From contig OZ245439.1 in assembly GCA_965226875.1 (NCBI GenBank), forward strand, positions 711,081-775,080: a stretch of 64,000 bases of DNA, given 5' to 3'. This DNA is from Dehalococcoidia bacterium. GTDB taxonomy: Bacteria; Chloroflexota; Dehalococcoidia; Lucifugimonadales; UBA3495. Under the pieces are notes generated by a model, which worked only from the letters and a program-made list of their open reading frames with translations, was not told where the DNA came from and made no database searches. Shown here one piece after another: positions 1-9,657 of this stretch; the stretch's first letter is position 1, and every line of letters starts with the position of its first letter. A program made the position numbers and the translations under genes.

Positions 1-10
1 GCCACGCCCA

Positions 11-1655
<1,645 letters not shown>

Positions 1656-1676
1656 GTCGTGCCAGAAGCCCTCCTC

Positions 1677-1712
1677 CTCACTCACTCACTCACTCACTCA
1701 CTCACTCACTCA
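1677..1712. repeat. (CTCA)9 microsatellite
   Basis: Nine perfect tandem CTCA units read directly; non-coding, downstream of the istB remnant. Confidence 0.95.
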
Positions 1713-1857
1713 CCCGCCCAGCCTGCTGCCAGCCTGCCTCTGTGACACTTCTCCCGAACAACTGGCGCGGACATTTACGCTGGCCAATGACCTCTCTGGT
1801 GGTACACTTTTGCTCCGCCCCACTGGTATGTTTTGTCGACGCCCTTGACAATTCCCG

Positions 1858-1992
1858 TGTCGGCGTATCGTCGGAGGGTGTGAGGATGGAGGCCCAATAT
1901 CTTGGCGGCTTCCCGTGAGGGCAGGTACTGCATATTGTAATTATAACGGTTGTTGCGTGCTTATCACCATTATATGCTACTGCAGCTTACGG
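1858..1992 (-). mobile_element. Solo left-end fragment of IS607-type element A
   Basis: Reverse complement matches 9003-9140: left-end palindrome region plus the first ~25 codons of the serine recombinase (MQYLPSREAAKILGLHPHTLRRYADA), with a few substitutions. Confidence 0.8.
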
Positions 1993-2072
1993 CGGCACCG
2001 GTGGCGTTGGCTATGTGTCGTTCGACGTCCTGCCAGTCGGGGGTGGTCATGCTGGCTCCTCCGGGGTTCTGT

Positions 2073-2417
2073 TCAGGCATCGCTGGCTTTCTGGGCGAAC
2101 TCTCTGAGCGTCTGCTCTGCCAGCATCATCCACTTGGTGCCGCCGATGGGCCCGTCCTCGCCGGTTTTGGTCTTGAACCAGTTTATGGTATCGCGGTCGA
2201 GGGTCAGCGTGATGTGCTCGATCAGGCCGGACTCGAGGGCTGCTTGACGTTCCCTGGCCCACTTGGCGAACTCTGGGGAGAGGTCCTCCGCAGTCATGGC
2301 GTTGGCCCAGTCCTCGTCGGTCCATTCCCGTTCGTCGGGATTCTCGGCGATCTGCTTGGCTATTTCGGCTTCTTCCTCGGGAGTGTTGCGCAGGATATTA
2401 CGTCTGTTGCCGGTCAT
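2073..2417 (-). CDS. brnA: BrnA-family antitoxin
   Basis: 114 aa. The C-terminal ...ITLTLDRDTINWFKTKTG...LREF matches the BrnA ribbon-helix-helix pattern. Overlaps the upstream BrnT gene by 20 nt. Confidence 0.75.
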   Translation of the reverse strand: MTGNRRNILRNTPEEEAEIAKQIAENPDEREWTDEDWANAMTAEDLSPEFAKWARERQAALESGLIEHITLTLDRDTINWFKTKTGEDGPIGGTKWMMLAEQTLREFAQKASDA

Positions 2418-2688
2418 ATTGTGCTCTCTCCCTGGCGTTGGCTTTTCTGAGACTGATGATTCTTGTGCTGTTGCCTCTGGGAGTCCAGACGATGTGGTGT
2501 AACCTGTCGGCGATCAACGCGAGCGAAGCGTATCTGACCTCGCCTTGTCGTTCCTCCCTGCGGTAGGTGGCGATGCCCCAGTCTATCTGGGTAACGAGCG
2601 CAAAGTCGAGTCCGCGTAAGGTGAGCGTGTCCTGACGTTTGTTTTCGTCCCACTCGTACGGAGGGTGGGGTATTGGAGTTACATCCAT
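2398..2688 (-). CDS. brnT: BrnT-family (DUF497) toxin
   Basis: 96 aa; YEWDENKRQDTLTLRGLDFA...RIISLRKANARERAQY is the BrnT/DUF497 signature. Operonic with brnA. Confidence 0.8.
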   Translation of the reverse strand: MDVTPIPHPPYEWDENKRQDTLTLRGLDFALVTQIDWGIATYRREERQGEVRYASLALIADRLHHIVWTPRGNSTRIISLRKANARERAQYDRQQT

Positions 2689-2715
2689 CTGGTATTGCTC
2701 ATTCTCTTATCTGGA

Positions 2716-4173
2716 CTTTACGCATAATTTAGAAAAATCATAAAGACAGGGTAAGCTGGCCTGACCCCACTTCTCACGAAAGGTCCAGCCATGCTCGCCC
2801 TGCCGATGCCATTGTAGCCGTTCTCGTTCCCTTCGCGACGCTGTTTAGCAGCCCGACTTGGCGGAAAGCCCAGGGGTTGCTGGTCGGCGCGATACTGACC
2901 CCGGGCCAACGCACGGTTACCGCGGCGCTCCGCGTCATGGGACGCAGCGACCAACGGGACTACGCCCGCTACCATGAGGTGCTCAACCGGGCGGTGTGGT
3001 CGCCCCGTGCGGCGGCCCGCATCCTGCTGTCGCTGCTGCTCCAGCACCTGGACCGCGGCGACGGCCCGTTGGTCTTCGGCATCGACGAGACCTTGGACCG
3101 GCGTCGCGGTCCCAAGATCAAGGCTCGGGGCGTCTACCGCGACGCGGTACGTTCCAGTCGCCAGCAACTGGTCAAGGCCAGCGGTCTACGCTGGGTCTCC
3201 CTGATGTGGCTGGGTCACATACCCTTGGCCGGTCGCCATTGGGCCTTGCCCTTTCTCACCGTGCTGGCACCCTCGGAACGCTACTACCGCCAGCAGGGGC
3301 GCCGCCACAAAAAGCTCACCGACTGGGCGCGGCAGATGATCTTGCAACTGCGCCGCTGGCTGCCCCATCGGTCCCTGGTGCTGGTGGGCGACAACAGCTA
3401 TGCCGTGCTGGACCTGATCCACTGCTGCCAGTCTCTAGCCCAGCCGGTTACTCTCATCGCCAGATTGCGTTTGGAGCCGCCCTGTACGCGCCAGCGCCAC
3501 CCCGTCAGCCGGGTCAGAACGGCCGCCCGCCGCTGAAAGGCGCGCGGCGACCCCCGCTCAAAGCCCTGCTTGAAGCCCTGCTTGAACCGGTCAACGTGGC
3601 TTGGGCCAGTGCCGTGGTGGCCTGGTATGACGGCACCACCCGCGCGGTGGAACTCACCTCCCAAACAGCGGTCTGGTACCGCTCGGGCAAGCCCCCCGTG
3701 CTCATTCGCTGGGTGCTGATTCGAGATCCCCAGGGCGTCTTCGCCCCGCAGGCCCTGCTCTGTACCGATCCGTCGGCGGACCCAACGCAGATCCTGGAGT
3801 GGTTTGTGCTGCGCTGGCAACTGGAGGTCACCTCCCGGGAGGTGCGGGCTCACCCGGGCGTGGAGACCCAGCGCCAGTGGTCGGATCGAGCCATTGCCCG
3901 TACTACGCCAATCCTGATGGGGCTCTTCTCTTGGACCACCCTGGCAGCCCAGCTTCTGCGGCAACAACGACCCTCGGCCCATCGCACAGCGGCTTGGTAC
4001 GACAAGCCGTCGCCGACCTTCGTGGACGCCATCGCCCTGGTGCGCCGCCACCTGTGGCTGGCGTCGGAGGGTTTTTCACTGTCCGCCGCCAACCCCGATA
4101 CGCAGGAACTCCCAGTCGCTCTGTACCACCGACTCGTAGATTCCCTTGCTTATGCCGCTTGAAATGCGTAAAG
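2716..4173 (+). mobile_element. IS701/IS4-like insertion sequence
   Basis: Terminal inverted repeats CTTTACGCAT (2716-2725) and ATGCGTAAAG (4164-4173) bracket one DDE-transposase-like reading frame. Confidence 0.75.
2791..4162 (+). pseudogene. IS701/IS4-like transposase with at least two frameshifts
   Basis: ATG 2791 (MLALPMPL) hits TAG. The frame shifts to ...VPFATLFSSPTWRKAQGLLVGAILTPGQRTV... (ORF 2877-3536), then shifts again near 3530 into ...WYDGTTRAVELTSQTAVWYRSGKPPVLIRWVLIRDP...LAYAA (to 4162). Confidence 0.8.
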
Positions 4174-4182
4174 CATCAATAC

Positions 4183-4594
4183 GCCCGCGTTTCGGGCCGT
4201 GCAGAGCCGACTAACTGGTGAGTCCGCCCCAGCGGTCACGGCGTGACATCTTAATTTAGTCGGGAGCATTGATATGCCCGTATCCGGCCCGTGCAGAGGC
4301 GACTAACTGGGTGAGTCCGCCCCAGCGGTCACGGCGTGACATCTTAAGTTAGTGGGGAGCATTGATATGCCCGTATCCGGCCCGTGCAGAGGCGACTAAC
4401 TGGGTGAGTCCGCCCCAGCGGTCACGGCGTGACATCTTAAGTTAGTGGGGAGCATTGTTATGCCCGTGCCCGGCCCGTGCAGAGGCGACTAACTGGTCAG
4501 TCCGCCCCCGCGGTCACGCCGTGACATCTCAAGTTAGTCCATAGCAGAGTTATGCCCCTATCCGGGCCGTGCAGAGGCGACTAACTGGTGAGTC
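4183..4594 (+). repeat. 93-bp tandem repeat array, left part (about 4.4 units)
   Basis: Units start at 4183, 4276, 4369, 4462 and 4554. Consensus: gcccgtatccggcccgtgcagaggcgactaactgggtgagtccgccccagcggtcacggcgtgacatcttaagttagtggggagcattgatat. Each unit holds the hairpin GTCAC-GGC-GTGAC nested in GACTAAC...GTTAGTC. Confidence 0.95.
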
Positions 4595-6212
4595 GGCCCA
4601 AGGATGTATGCTCATGGTAAGGCGCGTCGTCCGGACCAAGACCGAGCAGACTCTGGTGCCTATTGCCCGAACCGTAGCATGGTCAGGGAGCCTTACGACG
4701 GCATCATTGGTGACGCCCCGATCGGGGCGATCCCGTTGAGGAGAGTGGCTACGTTGCGTGGCTCCCTCCGGCGACACGTCTACCTTGTAGGCGTGGAGGG
4801 AATGATGAGCCACGGACGCCAGAGCAGCGCGAAACCGGCAGGGCTGTCCCAGCTGAACCTGAACGCGGCGGGCATTGACGTGGGGGCCACCAGCCACTTC
4901 GCGGCGGTTCCCGCCGACCGCGCGGAGCAGCCGGTGCAGGAGTTTGAGGCTTTCACGGCGGACCTATACCGTCTGGCGGACTGGCTGGCCGAGTGCGGTG
5001 TGGAGACCGTGGTCATGGAGTCCACCGGCGTGTACTGGATACCCCCTGTTCGGGGTGCTGGAAGAACGGGGCTTCCAGGTGATGCTGGTGGACCCCAGGC
5101 GCATCAAGAACGTGCCTGGTCGCAAGACCGACGTGCTGGACCTGCCAGTGGCTACAGCAGCAGCACACCTACGGCCTGCTGTCGGGGGCTTTCCGACCCG
5201 ACGGGGAGATCCGACGCTTACGCAGTTACCTGCGGCAGCGGGTCATGCTGGTGCAGTACGCATCCCACCATATCCAGCATATGCAGAAGGCGCTGACCCA
5301 GATGAACGTGAAGCTCCACCACGTCATCAGCGATATCACCGGCAAGACCGGCATGGACATCATGGAGGCAATCGTGGGTGGCCAACGGGACCCGCGACGA
5401 CTGGCGCAATTGCGCGACCCCAGGATCAAGGCCGACGAGGCGACCATCGCCAAGTCGCTGCAAGGCCACTGGCGGGAAGAGCACATCTTCGAGCTGACCC
5501 AGGCCCTGGAGCTGTACCGGTTCTATCAGGATAAGATTGCCGAGTGCGACAGGGAGATTGAAGCCCAGTTGGAGCGTTTCGAGGATCACAGCAATGGTGA
5601 TCCTCCAGCGGCGAAGTCCGGCCGGAGACGCAGCAAAGGAAACGCCCCACGCTTCGACGTTTGGACGCACCTGTACCGGATGACGGGGATTGACCTGACC
5701 CGGATCGACGGTGTGGATGCCTACACCGCGCTCAAGGTGGTGAGTGAGATTGGCACCGACATGACGAAATGGGCGAGTGCGAAGCACTTTGCGTCCTGGT
5801 TGGGGCTGAGCCCAAACAACCGCATCACCGGTGGGAGGGTGATCAGCTCCAAGACCAAACCCAGCGCCAACCGTGCGGCGGCGGCCTTGCGTCTGGCGGC
5901 CAACGCGCTGCACCGCTCCGACAGCGCCCTGGGCGCCTTCCTGCGCCGGAAGAAAGCGCAACTGGGAGCGCCCAAGGCCATCACCGCCACGGCCCACAAG
6001 CTGGCCAGGCTCATCTATTCCATGCTGCGCTACGGCCAGGAATACGTGGATGCCGGCGCTGAATACTACGAGAGCCAATATCAACAACGAGCCTTGCGTG
6101 CGGCACAACGTCGGGCGGCTCAACTGGGCTACCGGCTGGTGCCCATGCCCGATGCTCCGGAACACACCACCTACGCACCTCCTGGCGCGCCGATTGCCTC
6201 GTAACGACTGTG
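4595..6212 (+). mobile_element. IS110-family insertion sequence inside the 93-bp array
   Basis: Repeat unit 5 breaks after ...ctggtgagtc (4594). The array resumes at gttagtgaggagc (6213). The interval carries an IS110-type DEDD transposase gene preceded by about 200 bp of non-coding leader. Confidence 0.8.
4802..6204 (+). pseudogene. IS110-family transposase with two frameshifts
   Basis: MMSHGRQ...GIDVGATSHFAAV...VVMESTGVYWIP, shift near 5045 to LFGVLEERGFQVMLVDPRRIKNVPGRKTDVLD, shift near 5140 to CQWLQQQHTYGLLSGAFRP...MLVQYASHHIQHMQKAL...GLSPNNRITGGRV... Confidence 0.85.
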
Positions 6213-6411
6213 GTTAGTGAGGAGCAGAGTTATGCCCGTATCCGGCCCGTGCAGAGGCGACTAACTGGGTGAGTCCGCCCCAGCGGTCACGGCGTGACAT
6301 CTTAAGTTAGTCGGGAGCAGAGTTATGCCCGTATCCGGCCCGTGCAGAGGAGACTAACTGGGTGAGTCCGCCCCAGCGGCCACGGCGTGACAGATTAAGT
6401 TAGTGAGGAGG
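6213..6411 (+). repeat. 93-bp tandem repeat array, right part (about 2.2 units)
   Basis: Same unit as 4183-4594 (full units at 6234 and 6327). Ends against the truncated IS1380-family gene. Confidence 0.9.
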
Positions 6412-6853
6412 TCTCGCAGATGGTGGAGTCCAGGTCGATGGTCAGGGGCCCGTCGCCGGGTCCGGCCCCAGCCTCCCAGGCCCGGGCCAGCAACTGGCGG
6501 CTCACCCGGTCCAGTTGGCGGACATGGCCCCACCGGAAACTGCGCAGGAAGGTGCCCAAGGTGGAGGGCGCCTTGACTACACTGCCCAGGGTGCAGGCTG
6601 TCCCGCCGGTGCGCAACACATCGGCATCGTCGATGCAGTCGCCGCCCGCCAGCGCGGAAGCCACCAGCGTCATGATCTTGTCGCCGGTGTTGGCTCGGCC
6701 TGGGGCCCAGCCCAGGTCCAAGTGCCGGTCAACCAGTTGGGGCAGGCCCAGGTGCAAGGCCAACGCGGCGGGAAGGATCAGCCCGGCATTGTTGACCAGG
6801 CGGTGGTCGTCGAAGGCGATGTGGATGCCGTCGGGGTGGTTGCGTGGTAGCAT
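6395..6853 (-). pseudogene. IS1380-family transposase, N-terminal fragment
   Basis: ...HRLVNNAGLILPAALALHLGLPQLVDRHL...LVASALAGGDCIDDADVLR...APSTLGTFLRSFRWGHVRQLD matches the IS1380-family N-terminal region. The ORF runs into the 93-bp array after about 147 codons. The IS leader extends to about 6974. Confidence 0.7.
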
Positions 6854-6974
6854 CTATTGGGTGCTCCTTGTTTCTGGTTGGTTTTCTGTCTCGAAAACCA
6901 TTATCCCAGATGCACAGGAGCACTTTCTTACCCATTCAACCCGCCGCGACACTCATCCTTTCGGTGGATTCGGG

Positions 6975-7122
6975 CTAAAGCCAAGGTGAAATGTACATAT
7001 CGCTAGACCGCACTATCGGTGCCCTCCCAGTTGGGGCCTGAAGGTGATATGAGGTGCCGTGGAGTCCTTGCGGTCATCGTCAATCTCCCGGAAATGCACA
7101 TCCCACCTTGGTATTGGTTTAG
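6975..7122 (-). repeat. R155 element (TA-flanked TIR element), divergent interior
   Basis: CTAAAGCCAAGGTGAAATGTACAT...ATGCACATCCCACCTTGGTATTGGTTTAG. Termini match the R155 family; the left terminus lacks about 5 nt. Confidence 0.8.
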
Positions 7123-7206
7123 CGTCGAGCTAAGGAAGAGCACGGCTTGAGTTCGCCGTGCTCTTCGGTAAACCTGTAGAAATTGTCCGGGAAGCCTGCG
7201 TTCGGG

Positions 7207-7734
7207 CTAGACGAACCAGCCCATGCCTTCCCAGTGGCCGCGCAGGAAGGCTATCTGGCCTCCGTGGACGATGTTGTCAAAGACCAGGACACCGATGATG
7301 GTCTCTTTCGGCTCGGGGTCCGAACCGGGCCTCAGGCTCATGGTGGCGCTCAACTCCTCGTCGGTCACGGAGGACATATAGTCCTGGCAGCAGGCCTTCA
7401 TGGCCTCGTAGTACCCTACCAGGACGTCTTTGGAGGGAAGCGGCCACGCGGCCACGCGCGCCGTGTCCCAGCCTTGGCCGGTCGTCTCCGGGTCGTCGCT
7501 CAGGCCGAATTTCTCGCACCAACCGTCCTCTATCCATATCTGAGGCTTGCCTTGGAACCTGGCATTCATGAAAACGTCCACCACCCGGCTCATGTGGAAG
7601 AGGAGCCACCCGATGGAATTGTCGCTGTCGGATATCTGGCGCGCCAGTGTCTCATCACTTAGCCCGTCTATGGCGCGGTCTACCATACCCCAGTTACGTT
7701 CCAGCGCATTTGATATCCCGGCGGAAACAGCCAT
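7207..7734 (-). CDS. DinB-family (DinB_2-like) protein
   Basis: 175 aa. Four-helix-bundle DinB pattern (WLLFHMSRVVD...VFDNIVHGGQIAFLRG). Assignment from motif memory only. Confidence 0.6.
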   Translation of the reverse strand: MAVSAGISNALERNWGMVDRAIDGLSDETLARQISDSDNSIGWLLFHMSRVVDVFMNARFQGKPQIWIEDGWCEKFGLSDDPETTGQGWDTARVAAWPLPSKDVLVGYYEAMKACCQDYMSSVTDEELSATMSLRPGSDPEPKETIIGVLVFDNIVHGGQIAFLRGHWEGMGWFV

Positions 7735-7890
7735 GATTGCTCTCCAAAAGTTTCGTTAGTTTGGGGTTGCGGGGCTAATTGTAACAGCCCCAAAACTGGA
7801 ATGGTAAGGTAGCGCCGACGATCAAGAAGAGACCTGCTACTGATCTGCGGCTGTAGTATCAGGGTCCTTTCGGTAGTCTTCAAGACCCTC

Positions 7891-7922
7891 GAAATGTAGA
7901 TCCCACCGTGGCTTTAGTTTAG
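7891..7922 (-). repeat. Solo R155 terminus
   Basis: GAAATGTAGATCCCACCGTGGCTTTAGTTTAG equals one R155 end without a partner within 150 bp. Confidence 0.7.
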
Positions 7923-8043
7923 GGTCTCGCCGCCCTCGACATGTTCTTCATCGGCCTGCTAAGCCACAGTCCGGGCTGAAGCCCGTTTTGTCGGCTGCAC
8001 AAGGGCGGGCAACAGTCGAAAAGCCCGCACCGTTGAGGTCGTC

Positions 8044-8502
8044 CTACAGACGCTCCAGTAACTTTGCAATCTGATCGGTGTGGTTCATGTCGGGTTCCCA
8101 CTCGCAGATCACACTGTGTTCGTCGATGACAACTGCGGGCCTTTTCCCGTCTGACGGGTCTTTGACGTACCTCTCTCCATCGAGAGCGGACATGCCTAGC
8201 TCAATGCCTACTCGTCGATCAGGGTCGTTCAGGACCGCGAACGGAAGCTGCTCTTTCTCGATCCACTGGCGTGCAGCATCCAAGCTTCCGTCATGGATTC
8301 CGAACAGCACGACGTTCTTCTCGGTGAACTCGGCAGCATGCTCTCGGTACCCAAGAGCCATGCGGGTTCAGTTACCACCGCCCGGACTCGTGAAGAAGTA
8401 CAGCAGGACCTTTTGTCCGCGAAGACTGCTAAGGGATATCGTCTGTCCATCGCTGGACTGAAGTGTGAAATCGGAAATCGTCTTCCCGATGTAAGTTTCC
8501 AT
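8044..8502 (-). CDS. BCP/PrxQ-type peroxiredoxin with in-frame TGA (candidate selenocysteine) at the peroxidatic-Cys position
   Basis: ATG 8502 (GGAAAGGA upstream): METYIGKTISDFTLQSSDGQTISLSSLRGQKVLLYFFTSPGGGN-TGA(8370-8368)-TRMALGYREHAAEF...LNDPDRRVG. Aligns to E. coli BCP [20 protein letters not shown] with the TGA opposite Cys. May instead be a nonsense pseudogene. Confidence 0.6.
8336..8363 (-). promoter_or_regulatory. SECIS-like hairpin 4 nt downstream of the in-frame UGA
   Basis: mRNA GCAUG(G)CUCUUGG-GUA-CCGAGAGCAUGC: 12 pairs, one bulged G, apical loop about 17 nt from the UGA. Confidence 0.45.
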
Positions 8503-8712
8503 CATTGCCGTCCTTTCCGGTGAGACTTAATAGAACCGACGCACGCATGGCAGAACCGTTCCCCATGCAGTTGCTGGGCTGCACGGAGTCTAGGCGTTTC
8601 TCACCGCCGATGCACGCCTAGCTGCGCACGTCCGTTCGGGCGGCGAAGTGAGTAGCGCATCCTCTTGCGCCAGGACGTCTGTAGGTCCCAGGCGCCCAGC
8701 CGGGCCGCGCCC

Positions 8713-8958
8713 CTACCTGAGCATCGTCGTGTAGCGAGTGAAATCAACCGGCGCGAGGCCAGATTGCGAGCGCAGACGCGTCAGGAATCGCAGGATCTCC
8801 CGCCGTAGGGCGACGCCTTCGCGCGCGAGTCCACGAAGGTAGAGGCCGCCTGCAGCGGGGTCACCCGTTGCAATCTCCACGCCTGAATCGTCTACGGAGT
8901 ACTTGTTGGGTCCGCTTGGTCCACCGGCGACGCTGTTTGACATTATAGGGGCGCTCAT
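8713..8958 (-). CDS. Hypothetical protein (81 aa), possibly a gene fragment
   Basis: ORF only; no recognisable family. The start codon lies inside the 8943-8976 palindrome. Confidence 0.25.
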   Translation of the reverse strand: MSAPIMSNSVAGGPSGPNKYSVDDSGVEIATGDPAAGGLYLRGLAREGVALRREILRFLTRLRSQSGLAPVDFTRYTTMLR

Positions 8959-8976
8959 GTGTGAGCGCCCCTATAA
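8943..8976. repeat. Perfect 15-bp-stem palindrome (TTATAGGGGCGCTCA tgtg TGAGCGCCCCTATAA)
   Basis: Read directly. No flanking T-run on either strand, so not a canonical terminator. Lies 27 bp outside the IS607-A left end. Confidence 0.9.
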
Positions 8977-9063
8977 GCACCACCGAACTGGACTCGAACT
9001 AAAACCGTAAACTACAGTAGCCTATAATGGTGATAAGCACGCAACAACCATTATAATCATCAC

Positions 9064-9657
9064 ATGCAGTACCTGCCCTCACGGGAAGCCGCCAAGATAT
9101 TGGGCCTCCATCCTCACACCCTCCGACGATACGCCGACGCCGGAATCATCCCCTCCATCAAAACCCAGAGCGGACAACGACGATATGACGTCCAAACCTA
9201 CCTCGGTAACTCCAAACCCAGCTCCACCGTCTGCTATTGCCGGGTCTCCAGCCACAAACAGACCGGCGACCTTCAACGTCAGGTCGCTTTCATGCAGCAA
9301 CACTATCCCGACGCCGAGGTAATCACCGATGTCGCCTCAGGACTCAACTACCGGCGGAAAGGACTTGCGTCCCTACTGGAGCGACTTCATCGCGGAGATA
9401 AACTCACACTTGTGGTTGCCTACCGGGACCGCCTCGCCCGCTTCGGCACCGAGCTCATCGAGCAGATGCTCCAGCAAAACGGTGGCGAACTCCTGGTTCT
9501 CAACCAGCGAGATCTCAGCCCCCCAGAGGAACTCACCCAGGATCTACTCGCCATCCTTACTGTCTTCTCTGCCAGAGCCAACGGACTCCGCAGGTACCGG
9601 AAGGAAATCCAAGAGGATAAGAATCTACCCAGACCGGCAGCAGAAAGCCAAGCTTAA
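9064..9657 (+). CDS. tnpA: IS607-type serine recombinase TnpA (MerR-like HTH plus resolvase catalytic domain)
   Basis: 197 aa: LPSREAAKILGLHPHTLRRYADAGIIP (HTH), VCYCRVSSHKQ (catalytic Ser), VVAYRDRLARFG. Confidence 0.9.
   Translation: MQYLPSREAAKILGLHPHTLRRYADAGIIPSIKTQSGQRRYDVQTYLGNSKPSSTVCYCRVSSHKQTGDLQRQVAFMQQHYPDAEVITDVASGLNYRRKGLASLLERLHRGDKLTLVVAYRDRLARFGTELIEQMLQQNGGELLVLNQRDLSPPEELTQDLLAILTVFSARANGLRRYRKEIQEDKNLPRPAAESQA

Noticed and set aside
1677-1712. (CTCA)9 as a phase-variation tract.
   Set aside because: It lies in non-coding DNA between an istB remnant and an IS607 end fragment, with no intact gene or promoter nearby.
4183-6411. Possible CRISPR array, suggested by regularly spaced hairpin-containing repeats.
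   Set aside because: The 93-bp units are contiguous with no unique spacers, the unit is far longer than CRISPR repeats, and no cas genes are present. It is a tandem satellite-like repeat.
8368-8370. Genome-wide reassignment of TGA as a sense codon, as an explanation for the three in-frame TGAs.
   Set aside because: TGA terminates many confident genes here at family-consistent ends (IS630 ORF1 copies, IS5 ORF1, the IS701-like transposase, the retropepsin reconstruction). The replaced residues differ (Cys, Arg, Arg). High GC content also argues against the known TGA-recoding lineages.
6975-8960. R155 elements as integron attC sites separating same-strand cassettes (dinB-like, peroxiredoxin, hypothetical; also mazEF).
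   Set aside because: No IntI-type integrase or attI is present. The termini CTAAAC/GTTTAG do not fit RYYYAAC/GTTRRRY. The elements occur in both orientations and back to back, and all are explained by TA duplication in CTAG.
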